64,000 nucleotides of DNA from Actinomycetota bacterium (GCA_016278725.1 JADQBG010000008.1:1680-65679), one strand, 5' to 3'; shown: positions 9,120 to 17,178, counted from the stretch's first letter. Program-made: numbers and translations. The notes: generated by a model from the sequence alone, not told the origin.

Positions 9120-9546
9120 GCTGGAGAATCTCGCGCGGGCGGGTCGCTTGAAGCGGGAGCCCTTTCTGGAGTCGGAGTTTCGGGGACTGCTGGAATCGGG
9201 TTCCATCAGGTTGCAGGATGCGCAAAACAGCGAACTTGCGCTGGAGAGCCGCTTCGACCTAGCCTACAACGCCTCCCACTCTATCGCCCTGGCCGCCCTT
9301 CGCTACCGCGGCTTTCGCGCGGACAGCCGCTACATCGTGTTTCAGGTCTTGCCACACACCCTTGGTCTACCGCCGGAGGTGTGGCGGGTCTTTGCGCTGG
9401 CACACGAGCGACGCAACCGGAGCGAGTACGAGGGGCTGTTGAACCTGGACGAGCGCTTGGTTGCCGATGTCATCGAGGCGGCGAAGCAAGTGCAGGAGGA
9501 GTTGCGGGCTCTCCTACTGCCGAAAGAAAGCTCCGAGGGGGACTGA
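9106..9546 (+). CDS. HEPN-like partner of the MNT
   Basis: Helical, overlaps the MNT gene; RFDLAYNASH and HERRNRSEYEG (Rx4-6H replaced by RNxxEY). Confidence 0.75.
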   Translation: MNSSELENLARAGRLKREPFLESEFRGLLESGSIRLQDAQNSELALESRFDLAYNASHSIALAALRYRGFRADSRYIVFQVLPHTLGLPPEVWRVFALAHERRNRSEYEGLLNLDERLVADVIEAAKQVQEELRALLLPKESSEGD

Positions 9547-9651
9547 CGGGGGCCGTTGCCGCTGTAAGCCCACGCTACAGTCATCAAAGGTTACTCACCG
9601 TTTTGACGTGCGCTTCCCCTTCTTCGATCACCTCGTAGCGGAAGCCCTCCC

Positions 9652-9733
9652 CGGCGATGCGGTTTTGATTAGCGCAGACCACTGGCGGGCGGTGCAGGAA
9701 ACGCTGAGAGCCAGGCGCGGTTGGTCTGATGCG
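9652..9733 (+). repeat. Degenerate, internally deleted copy of the yefM locus at 13012-13241
   Basis: 9652-9706 matches 13012-13066 at 48/55 nt; 9707-9733 is identical to 13215-13241 (27 nt). Confidence 0.85.
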
Positions 9734-9820
9734 TATTCCACGCAAACCGATCACCCATAACGCCCGCATGCCGATCACCGATTCCGCTCATGCCGATCAC
9801 CCTCGGAGCGAAGCGACGCT
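9730..9820. mobile_element. Orphan IS21-family terminal end (no istA/istB)
   Basis: Begins TGCGTATTCC; three CCGATCACC direct repeats at 9747, 9771, 9793 (24/22-nt spacing), then CGGAGCGAAGCGACG. This matches the multi-repeat end architecture of IS21-family elements. Confidence 0.7.
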
Positions 9821-9868
9821 CAGATAGCCGCGGCGATCTGGCCTGGCCCGCTGGATACAGGAGGGGGC

Positions 9869-10216
9869 ATGGAGAACGGGCGTTGGAGAACCCTCCATGC
9901 CGCACTTGCGGCGTTGCCGGCGGGAAGCTGGACAACATACAGCGATGCGGCCGTACTGATGGGATCGGCACCAATGGCGGTAGCAACCCACCTCGCGAAC
10001 ACTGCCGGCGTGACGAATGCGCACCGTGTCCTGCGGTCGGATGGTACGCCAAGCCCAGAGTTTCACTGGGTTGATCGCGAAGACGATCGGGATATCTATG
10101 AGGTCCTGAAGCAGGAAGGCGTTCAGTTTGACGAATCAGGAGTTGCGGACTCCGATCAGAGGCAGAGTGTGGAGGACTTGGCTCAGTTGGCCGATGAGTA
10201 TCTGGGGAGCGAATGA
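9869..10216 (+). CDS. MGMT/ATL-like DNA-binding domain, probably the C-terminal remnant of a GmrSD-like (DUF262/DUF1524) fusion
   Basis: LPAGSWTTYSDAA...NAHRVL (no PCHR cysteine); the frame upstream reads AAAIWPGP, resembling the linker at the end of DUF1524. Confidence 0.6.
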   Translation: MENGRWRTLHAALAALPAGSWTTYSDAAVLMGSAPMAVATHLANTAGVTNAHRVLRSDGTPSPEFHWVDREDDRDIYEVLKQEGVQFDESGVADSDQRQSVEDLAQLADEYLGSE

Positions 10217-10611
10217 CACCTCGCTAGGGGCTGTGCGGCGAACAGTGATCACTGTGCCCGACGCTAGGTATTCGAGCGTGTATGGGCTATCGCTCGGTTG
10301 CCCGCTCTCGGGCTCTTGCTTTTCACTATTTGATCTCCAGCGTCGTGTTGCTTTTTGAGACCGTGCCCTCTGGTGGCTCCTCCCTATCGCGGAGGGCCTG
10401 TCCTTCTCGTTGCTGGGCTACTAGCCGCTGTGCGTGGTAGACTGAGCTTACCGGGTAACTCCTGGAGCAGCAGCTTCCTAAAATGTAGATGTATAGTAAT
10501 AAATACCTACAAAAACGGAAATAGTCAGATTAATCATGCAAACGGAAATGTAGATCCCGACATAGACATAGATATAAACACAGATACGCAATTTACACCA
10601 GATAAAGCAAA

Positions 10612-11223
10612 ATGAGTGGGAATAGAAAAAGTCACAAAGAAAGAGTATTGGAGCTTGCGCGAAATAGGGGAATACTCCGCCCTTTAGACCTCGACGATAT
10701 TGGAGTTCCCCGCCGTTACCTCTCTGCCCTTCGCGATGAGGGTCTTCTTGAGCAGCCAGCGCGCGGACTCTATATCCCAGTCGACGCTGATGTCTCCGAA
10801 AACATCAGCCTGGCACAGGTCAGCAAGCTGATTCCTCAGGGTGTCGTCTGCCTCCTTTCTGCTCTCGCCTTCCACGGCCTGACCACACAATTGCCGTTCC
10901 GCGTGTGGATCGCCGTCTCGCCTAACCAGCGGAAGCCAGCTGCCGGGTATTTGCCCGTTCGTGTGGTTCACCTTTCCGGTCCTGCCCTGGAAGAGGGGGT
11001 CGAGCGCCATACTATAGATGGAGTTTCTGTCCCGATCTTCGGTCCCGCCAAGACGGTTGCAGACTGTTTCAAGCATCGGAACAAAGTAGGGAAGGATGTC
11101 GCGCTCGAGGCCTTAAATGACTGTTGGACCCAGGGAATGTGCAACATGGACGACCTCGTCCACTTCGCCGAAGTGGACAGAGTGAAGAACGTGATGATGC
11201 CGTATTTTGAGACTCTGAGGTGA
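10612..11223 (+). CDS. abiEi: Type IV TA antitoxin AbiEi
   Basis: N-terminal wHTH (LEQPARGLY), VVCLLSALAFHGLTTQLP, PAKTVADCFKHRNKVG. Confidence 0.93.
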   Translation: MSGNRKSHKERVLELARNRGILRPLDLDDIGVPRRYLSALRDEGLLEQPARGLYIPVDADVSENISLAQVSKLIPQGVVCLLSALAFHGLTTQLPFRVWIAVSPNQRKPAAGYLPVRVVHLSGPALEEGVERHTIDGVSVPIFGPAKTVADCFKHRNKVGKDVALEALNDCWTQGMCNMDDLVHFAEVDRVKNVMMPYFETLR

Positions 11224-12137
11224 TCCCGCCCGTGGACCTTCCGGCGTCGGTTAGGGGGAAGTTGACCCAACTCGCGAGGCAAGAGGGATCGGTCGTCGAG
11301 GAAGTCTTCACGCGATACGCGCGCGAACGATTTCTCTACCGGCTCGCAGCTTCGCCTTATGCGGATCGCTTCATACTTAAGGGCGCAGTTCTCTTCTACG
11401 TGTGGAGCGATCGGCCTCACCGCGCGACTAGAGACATAGACTTTGCGGGCTATGGAGAGTTCGGCCTCGAAATGGCTCAGAGTCTGTTCCGGGATATTTG
11501 CACGGTGACGGTGGAGCCGGACGGCCTTCGATTTGACCCCGACAGCGTACGAGTCGAAGAGATTCGCGAGGACGTAGACTACCGCGGTGTCCGTGCTAGG
11601 TTTCTCGCCTTCTTGGGTAAGGCGCGGCTGAGCTTGCAGGTCGATGTGGGTGTAGGAGATGCAGTAACACCGGCCCCGGTTCAGATCTGCTATCCAACCC
11701 TGATTCCGGACTTTGGGCCCCCCGAACTTCGCGCCTACCCCCGCGAAACTGTGGTGGCGGAGAAGCTGCATGCAATTGTGAAACTCGGGCTCCCCAACAG
11801 CAGGATGAAGGACTACTACGATCTCCACGTCTTGGCGCAAGAGTTCAGTTTCTCTGGCGTCGCACTTGCTGATGCTGTCAGGGCCACTTTCGCACGTAGA
11901 AAGACGCCCCTGCCGGCCGATTTACCCCTGGGTCTGAGCGCGACGTTCGCAAGTAACCGGGAAAAGCAGCGCCAGTGGGCGGCATTTCTGGAGCGGGGCG
12001 GGTTGGCGCCGGACGTGGAACTGTCGTTGTCCGATGTCGTATCAGCGATACGATTGTTTTTGAGTCCACTGTTATCGTCTATCGCCGACGGTCACCCCTG
12101 GGATCTTAACTGGTCTCCTCGCGGACCATGGTCATAG
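11220..12137 (+). CDS. abiEii: Type IV TA toxin AbiEii (nucleotidyltransferase)
   Basis: FILKGAVL, HRATRDIDF, ETVVAEKLHA, SRMKDYYDL; 4-nt overlap with abiEi. Confidence 0.94.
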   Translation: MIPPVDLPASVRGKLTQLARQEGSVVEEVFTRYARERFLYRLAASPYADRFILKGAVLFYVWSDRPHRATRDIDFAGYGEFGLEMAQSLFRDICTVTVEPDGLRFDPDSVRVEEIREDVDYRGVRARFLAFLGKARLSLQVDVGVGDAVTPAPVQICYPTLIPDFGPPELRAYPRETVVAEKLHAIVKLGLPNSRMKDYYDLHVLAQEFSFSGVALADAVRATFARRKTPLPADLPLGLSATFASNREKQRQWAAFLERGGLAPDVELSLSDVVSAIRLFLSPLLSSIADGHPWDLNWSPRGPWS

Positions 12138-12885
12138 CGTCGTTCTTCTCCCACCCCTCCAAGGAGCACGGCTTCCTCGTGGCGAAGACCTTCTTCGAGC
12201 CGGAGTCGGTCTTCCGCATCGCCAAGGTGGGGGTGCTCAAGCACCAGGTGGCGGTGGATCGACCGTTGGGTGGAGACCTGCCGGCGGAAGGGGAGCCGGA
12301 TGCGGGGCGCGCCGACCCCGAGAAGCGCCTGATTGCGCCCAGTGTGCCCGTGGCTCCAGGTTCGGACGTGGAACGGGCGGGTGACGAACTGCTCGCCGAA
12401 CTCCTGGGCGAGGGCGAACTCGAGCTGGGCGCAGTGCTCCACCACCCCCACGTGCCCGTGCGCCTGCGCACCCGTGAACTCCTCACCAAGCACACCGCCG
12501 TGCTCGGCATGACCGGGGCGGGCAAGTCGAACGCGGTCAAGGTGCTGCTGCGCAACCTGCTCCGGTTGGAAGAGTTCCAGGATCTGCGCGTGGCGGTGAT
12601 CGACACGCATGGGGAGTACGCGGCGGCTGCGGAGGCGCTGGCCGGCGAGCGGGGCTGGACCGATCTGGCCGTCGAGGTGGGCCGCAGCCTCATGGAGGAG
12701 GGCGAGTTCAAGGAGGAGGCGCTGAAGAAGGTGCTGCGGCTGGGGCGCAAGGACAGCGCGCTCTTTGCGCAGCTACAGGAGCTCGCCGACACGCTGAGCG
12801 ACGACGACGATCTCCCCGAGTTCTGCCGGGCTTTGCGCGACGCTGCCCAGGACGAGGGGGACGAGGAATCGGCTGAGGCGCCATT
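12128..12885 (+). pseudogene. Internal fragment of a HerA/DUF87-like ATPase, in frame with the downstream yefM
   Basis: KHTAVLGMTGAGKSNAVKVL (Walker A) and VAVIDTHGEY; no Walker B or C-terminal half; the right boundary is approximate. Confidence 0.75.
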
Positions 12886-12922
12886 GCATATAAGGACGGG
12901 GGAGCGTCTTCACACGAATACC

Positions 12923-13156
12923 ATGAGCACGACAGAGGCGAGCAACAAGCTCGCTCAGCTCGTGGACCAAGTCCAGGAATCCCACGAACCGGTGCGGATC
13001 ACCTCCGAGCACGGCGATGCGGTTCTGATCAGCGCAAACCAATGGCGGGCGGTACAAGAAACACTGCATCTGCTCTCGATACGCGGAATGCGCGAGTCGA
13101 TAGCTGAGGGCATCGCTATGCCCCCGGACGGACTGGAGGACAAGCTCGACTGGTGA
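12923..13156 (+). CDS. yefM: Phd/YefM antitoxin, orphan (no YoeB downstream)
   Basis: TEASNKLAQLVDQVQESHEPVRIT...AVLISANQWRAVQETLHLLSIRGMRESI...LDW. Confidence 0.85.
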   Translation: MSTTEASNKLAQLVDQVQESHEPVRITSEHGDAVLISANQWRAVQETLHLLSIRGMRESIAEGIAMPPDGLEDKLDW

Positions 13157-13298
13157 GAAGGCGCCTGGAGCCGCCGGTTAGCGGACCGCCACCACCTCCG
13201 CTGCGAATTGGAGCAGAGCCAGGCGCGGTTGGTCTGATGCGCAGGAAGGTGTAGGATACGACTAATTGATGGGTTAATCGATCGATGGCGGTACCGAC

Positions 13299-13598
13299 CT
13301 GAAGAAACTGACTGTCAGCGCAACCGAAGCAAGAGTCCACTTTGGCGATCTTCTCCAGCGCGTCGCCGAAGGAGCCGTCGTTCTGGTAGAGCGGGGCGGC
13401 GAGCCCCGAGCCGTTGTCCTGTCGGTCGAGGAGTACGAGCGGATGCAGGTCTCCGCCGGAAGCGTTGTCTGGCGGGAAAGGGTCGAGCGGGCGCGGTCGG
13501 CAGTCAAGCAAGATCTCGGGGGGCGGCCGCCGCAGCCTCCGGCCGAGGTGATCAGGGAAGGCCGGGAAGAGCGTGATCGTGACCTGGACCTGCCTTGA
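13299..13598 (+). CDS. vapB: Phd/YefM-family antitoxin with no ATG/GTG start (possible CTG start)
   Basis: Not in the ORF track. LKKLTVSATEARVHFGDLLQRV...PRAVVLSVEEYERM...EVIREGREERDRDLDLP; in-frame TAA at 13275; overlaps the vapC start. Confidence 0.8.
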   Translation: MKKLTVSATEARVHFGDLLQRVAEGAVVLVERGGEPRAVVLSVEEYERMQVSAGSVVWRERVERARSAVKQDLGGRPPQPPAEVIREGREERDRDLDLP

Positions 13599-13995
13599 CG
13601 CGAGCTTCGTCCTGCGGCTCTTCTTCGGCCCCGGAGACGACGAAGCGTGGGAGGAATTCAACACCGCGTTAGGGAAGGGTGGACGCATGGTCGCTCCTTC
13701 CCTCTTGCCCTACGAGGTCTGCAACGCGATCCACCGTTACCACCGTTCCCAGCAGCTGAGCCGGGTCTCGGCGGGCCTCGTCCCTTCGGCTGTGGAGGAA
13801 CTGCCCCTGCTGCTCGAGGAGGACCGCATGCTGCGGGCACGGGCTCTGGAGATCGCGGCCCAGCTTGAGATGCCCGCCGCCTACGATGCCCACTACCTGG
13901 CCGTCGCCGAGAGGTATGACGCCGAACTCTGGACTGCCGATCGCGCGCTGGCGCGGCTCGGACGAGCGGGCGTTGCGCGGGTCCGCCTCTTCTAG
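13573..13995 (+). CDS. vapC: VapC-family PIN toxin
   Basis: CLDASFVL, LLPYEVCNAI, AYDAHYLAVAE, LWTADRAL. Confidence 0.92.
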   Translation: MIVTWTCLDASFVLRLFFGPGDDEAWEEFNTALGKGGRMVAPSLLPYEVCNAIHRYHRSQQLSRVSAGLVPSAVEELPLLLEEDRMLRARALEIAAQLEMPAAYDAHYLAVAERYDAELWTADRALARLGRAGVARVRLF

Positions 13996-14045
13996 GCCGT
14001 CGGTAGGATCATCCTAGCCACGAGGCTCCGCCCATTCCGCTCTCC

Positions 14046-14453
14046 TCACGGCAGCAGCTCCTCCGGCCGCCGCACCACCAAGAGCCCGTCGATGTCATCG
14101 AAGTGGGCATCGTGGGTGACCAGTGCGCTTGCGTGCTGCAGGGCGCTCGCCGCCAGCCACAGGTCGTTGGTCGGGATGGGGCGCTCCTTGGCGCGGAGCT
14201 GTCTATAGATGACGGCGTAGAAAGAGGCGGTCTCGGCGGTAACGGCAACGATCGAGACCCGCGGTGAGTCGAGGAAGGCGGAGAGCTCTTCGCGGTTTGC
14301 CGGCTCGCGGCTGCCCAGGGCAAAACCTGCCAGCAATTCACCCAGGACGATGGTGCTTAGCGAGACCTGCTCGGCGAGCTGAATGATTTCGAGGGTGGCC
14401 GGATCGCCGCCCTTGAAGGCGACGTAGGCGTTAGTATCCAGCAGGACGCGCAT
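14046..14453 (-). CDS. vapC: VapC-family PIN toxin
   Basis: LLDTNAY, VLGELLAG, IPTNDLWLAASA, LVTHDAHF. Confidence 0.94.
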   Translation of the reverse strand: MRVLLDTNAYVAFKGGDPATLEIIQLAEQVSLSTIVLGELLAGFALGSREPANREELSAFLDSPRVSIVAVTAETASFYAVIYRQLRAKERPIPTNDLWLAASALQHASALVTHDAHFDDIDGLLVVRRPEELLP

Positions 14454-14461
14454 CTGAGTCG

Positions 14462-14734
14462 TCAGGAGCCCGAGGTGCGCCAGAGCGCCTCGTCGATCTG
14501 CTCGAACTCGGCCGTGTTGCGCTCGAATTCCGCGACCTCTGCATCCGCCCAGGAACCGGCCAGGTGGTCGAGGTCATGCCTTTTCGGTCGGCGGTCCCGC
14601 CCAGGGGAGAGACCGAGCTCTTGTCGTAGGAGGTCGAGCACCAGACGGTTCACGCTCAGTCCCCGCCGACGGGCCTCGTCTTTGAGGGCCGCATCCAACT
14701 GGTCGTCAACGCCTCGAACAGAAATTGCCGCCAT
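14462..14734 (-). CDS. FitA/Arc-like RHH antitoxin
   Basis: MAAISVRGVDDQLDAALKDEARRRGLSVNRLV...HDLDHLAGSW; upstream of vapC. Confidence 0.88.
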   Translation of the reverse strand: MAAISVRGVDDQLDAALKDEARRRGLSVNRLVLDLLRQELGLSPGRDRRPKRHDLDHLAGSWADAEVAEFERNTAEFEQIDEALWRTSGS

Positions 14735-14736
14735 GA

Positions 14737-14776
14737 TAGCATCCCTTGCTAGCGCTTAATCTATTAGATGATAGCA
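14737..14776. promoter_or_regulatory. Operator of the FitA-like/vapC pair
   Basis: IR TAGCA-N5-TGCTA (14737-14751) next to the start codon; ATGATAGCA repeated at 14733-14741 and 14768-14776. Confidence 0.5.
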
Positions 14777-15009
14777 GACGCCCGCAGTTCGCGGATCACT
14801 TCGTGGGCCGGCGTCTTCGCCTGAGGGAGCTGCTCGCGCAGGGCCTTTCGGCTGGGGAAATCGCTTCGCGCGGCTGAATGGGCAGTCGTCTGGGTTAGCC
14901 GAGCCACCGGAACTCCGCGACGGGTGATGACGATTTCCTCACCGGCCTCGACCGCGTCGAGCAGACCGGCCAGCTCCGCCCGGGCTTCCCGCACGCTCAA
15001 TTCCCGCAT
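14764..15009 (-). CDS. Phd/YefM antitoxin, orphan
   Basis: MRELSVREARAELAGLLDAVEAGEEIVITRRGVPVARL; RBS GAGGAGGGGAG; no cognate toxin follows. Confidence 0.85.
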   Translation of the reverse strand: MRELSVREARAELAGLLDAVEAGEEIVITRRGVPVARLTQTTAHSAARSDFPSRKALREQLPQAKTPAHEVIRELRASAII

Positions 15010-15069
15010 CTCCCCTCCTCTTGGTACACATAGGGCATATGCAGGATCGCAGGTGCTCCGGATGTGGAC

Positions 15070-15564
15070 CTACTGCGAGGAGGACGCCTCGGCTCGCTGT
15101 TCGACAGCAATCGAGCCGCCGACCGCAGCGGCAGAAGCCAGCGTCGCCCAAAGTAGTCCTTTGCGCTCCGAGATCAGCCGACCATCGAGGGACATGAGGC
15201 CCGGCCCGGAGTAGGCCAACTCGAAAAGGGAGGCGAGCAGCACCACGTTGTACTCGTAGCCTCCCTCGGTCGCCCACAGTCCGTGCTGGGCGTGAACCGT
15301 CCGCCCCCCGGTGAGCACGACCGCGCCCAAGGAGGCCGCCGCCAGTGGGGTCGCCAACCCGAGGGTGAGGAGGGCGCCTCCGCCGACCTCGGCAGCGCCT
15401 GCCGCCATCGCCGCCTGCCTGCCCGGACGCAGGCCCAGTGAGTCGAAGAACTCACCGGTTCCCTGCAGACCGTGTCCGCCGAAAAGCCCGGCCAGCTTCT
15501 GCAGACCGTGACCAATCATCAGAACGCCGACGACCAAACGCAATACCAAGCGGCCGAATCCCAT
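15070..15564 (-). CDS. DoxX-family membrane protein
   Basis: LRLVVGVLMIGHGLQKL...FGGHGL, GGYEYNVVL; start re-set to ATG 15564 after RBS GGAAGGAG. Confidence 0.9.
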   Translation of the reverse strand: MGFGRLVLRLVVGVLMIGHGLQKLAGLFGGHGLQGTGEFFDSLGLRPGRQAAMAAGAAEVGGGALLTLGLATPLAAASLGAVVLTGGRTVHAQHGLWATEGGYEYNVVLLASLFELAYSGPGLMSLDGRLISERKGLLWATLASAAAVGGSIAVEQRAEASSSQ

Positions 15565-15604
15565 GGAAACTCCTTCCATCGCATACAAGTACTGAACACT
15601 TCCC

Positions 15605-15654
15605 CACAGGAAGCGCTGGGGACACTCCCTCACAGGAAGCGCCGGCGACACTCC
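15605..15654. repeat. Two 24-nt direct repeats (period 26) in the divergent promoter region
   Basis: CACAGGAAGCGCTGGGGACACTCC / CACAGGAAGCGCCGGCGACACTCC, 22/24 identical. Confidence 0.8.
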
Positions 15655-15837
15655 TCGCTCCGCCTGGGCCTGCCCGCTGGTTGGCCGACCACTTCCGGAA
15701 CTGGACTATCTGGCGTAGTTCCGCTTGACTGCTCGCCGCCGACTGCCGACACTGGGTGTAGCGCTTTCCTTCGCCACCGGCGCGGCGGTCTCTGTCTGGT
15801 GGCGGCTACGTGGCAACATTCATCAGGGGGAGGTCCG

Positions 15838-17163
15838 ATGGAAAAGCCCAGTCTGGACCGGGAAGAGCACGCCAGGGTCGTCTACCTTTCGGGGCCGCTC
15901 AGCGGCTGTAATCGGGAGCAGCGGCACAACTGGCGGAACGCGGTTCAGAACCTGAGCCCGCATTTCGAGTACATCGATCCCACCGGGTGGGGCGAAAGCT
16001 ACGACTTCTCCCGCCAACTGAAGGCTTTGGACGACGCCGACATTGTCGTGGCCAACATGTGGAAGGTGTCGGTGGGCACGACCATGGACATCTGGAACGC
16101 CCGTTACCGGGGCAAGCCCATCGTGCTGGTCGATCCCAACCACCTGCGCAATCCGATTCTAGAGGATCTGGTGCGTCCGGTGGAGCCCACGACTTCGCTG
16201 GAAGAGGCCTGCCGGCGTTTGGACGAGTTGGCCAATCGCCCCAATCCCATGCGCGTGCTGAAGAAGGACGGCCGGTTGGTGAACTTCGAGTTCGCCAAGC
16301 TCAGGCGCTCTCTGGAGTTCGTGTGCGCTGAGGCCCACGTCAACGACATCAATCTACCCCAGCAGCTGGCCGCGCTGGCGGTGGACCGTCTGCGCGACTG
16401 GCCGGTGGAAGGCGTGGTGTCCACCGATCAGATCCGCGAGGCCACCATTGCTTCGCTGGACCAGGTGGGGCGCAACCGCATCAACCAGAAGGACGTTCGC
16501 GTGCGGGTCGACGCTATCCGCGACGCGGTCAATCGCCGGGAGGAGCGCAAGGAATCGGCGCAGTTGCTGGCCGATGCTCAGAGCGAGAAGGAGGGATTGG
16601 TTGCCCTGATCGATCGTCAGGCCGAAGAGCTCAAACATCTGCGGGCGGAGAAGGCGCTGCGCGATGAGCAGCCCGAGCGGGACGAAGCCCCCGACTATCA
16701 GCCCAAGACCGTGGTCGAGGCGCTCGAGCGTGCGGCGGAGCAGTTCGACGATTCGCTGCAGGTTCACCCCAAGGCCTGGCGGTCTGCGCGGAAGGCCAAC
16801 ACCCATCAGCCGCTGCGCGTACTCCTGGCGCTCGAGATCCTGGGGAAGCGGGCCCGGGAGCGCATGGGCGAGTTGCAGGCCGGCGGGGGCGGCGGTCAGG
16901 CGAAGAGCCAGGCCGACTTCTTCGAGGGGGAGCGGCTCAAGGTGGGCGGCTGGCTGCACTACGCGAACGGTGAGGGCGACGCCACGGTCGGGGAGTACGG
17001 CCACGAGCGGGAGGTGACCGTGGGGGGCGAGAAGTACCTGGCCGACAAGCACCTGAGCGTGGGCGACCAGAACTTTCGCATCCACTTTGCCGAAATGAAC
17101 GACGGGCGCATCGTCGTCGCCCACTGCGGCCGGCACCTGAGCACCCACACCTTCGGAACTTGA
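15838..17163 (+). CDS. 441-aa multidomain protein: NDT-like + ATP-cone + coiled coil + putative RelE-like C-terminal domain
   Basis: VYLSGP...IDP...DADIVVA...SVGTTMDIWNARYRGKPIVLV (NDT fold); MRVLKKDGRLVNFEFAKLRRSL...VVSTDQIREA (ATP cone); RIHF...IVVAHCGRHL end. Start re-set to ATG 15838 after GGGGGAGGT. Confidence 0.75.
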   Translation: MEKPSLDREEHARVVYLSGPLSGCNREQRHNWRNAVQNLSPHFEYIDPTGWGESYDFSRQLKALDDADIVVANMWKVSVGTTMDIWNARYRGKPIVLVDPNHLRNPILEDLVRPVEPTTSLEEACRRLDELANRPNPMRVLKKDGRLVNFEFAKLRRSLEFVCAEAHVNDINLPQQLAALAVDRLRDWPVEGVVSTDQIREATIASLDQVGRNRINQKDVRVRVDAIRDAVNRREERKESAQLLADAQSEKEGLVALIDRQAEELKHLRAEKALRDEQPERDEAPDYQPKTVVEALERAAEQFDDSLQVHPKAWRSARKANTHQPLRVLLALEILGKRARERMGELQAGGGGGQAKSQADFFEGERLKVGGWLHYANGEGDATVGEYGHEREVTVGGEKYLADKHLSVGDQNFRIHFAEMNDGRIVVAHCGRHLSTHTFGT

Positions 17164-17178
17164 GGTTGGAGCCTGCGC

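Noticed and set aside
9584-9651. Minus-strand fragment GEGFRYEVIEEGEAHVKTVSNL*
   Set aside because: It looks like the 3' end of a lost gene cut at the repeat boundary, but is too short to assign.
9747-9801. CRISPR-like reading of the CCGATCACC repeats
   Set aside because: 9-nt repeats with 13-15-nt spacers are too short, there are no cas genes, and the architecture fits an IS21-type end better.
9869-10216. Active O6-methylguanine methyltransferase (ogt/ada)
   Set aside because: The acceptor Cys of PCHR is absent (NAHR).
13153-13260. YoeB/Txe toxin after yefM
   Set aside because: The overlapping GTG frame gives only a 33-aa Pro-rich peptide (VRRRLEPPVSGPPPPP...) with no RelE-family features.
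15472-15837. 122-aa N-terminal extension given by the ORF track
   Set aside because: It overlaps doxX and its promoter and has low-complexity composition; a strong RBS precedes ATG 15838.
15838-17163. Retron or Thoeris assignment for the NDT-like protein
   Set aside because: No reverse transcriptase, msr/msd-like RNA, ThsA (SIR2/Macro) or TIR partner is visible nearby.
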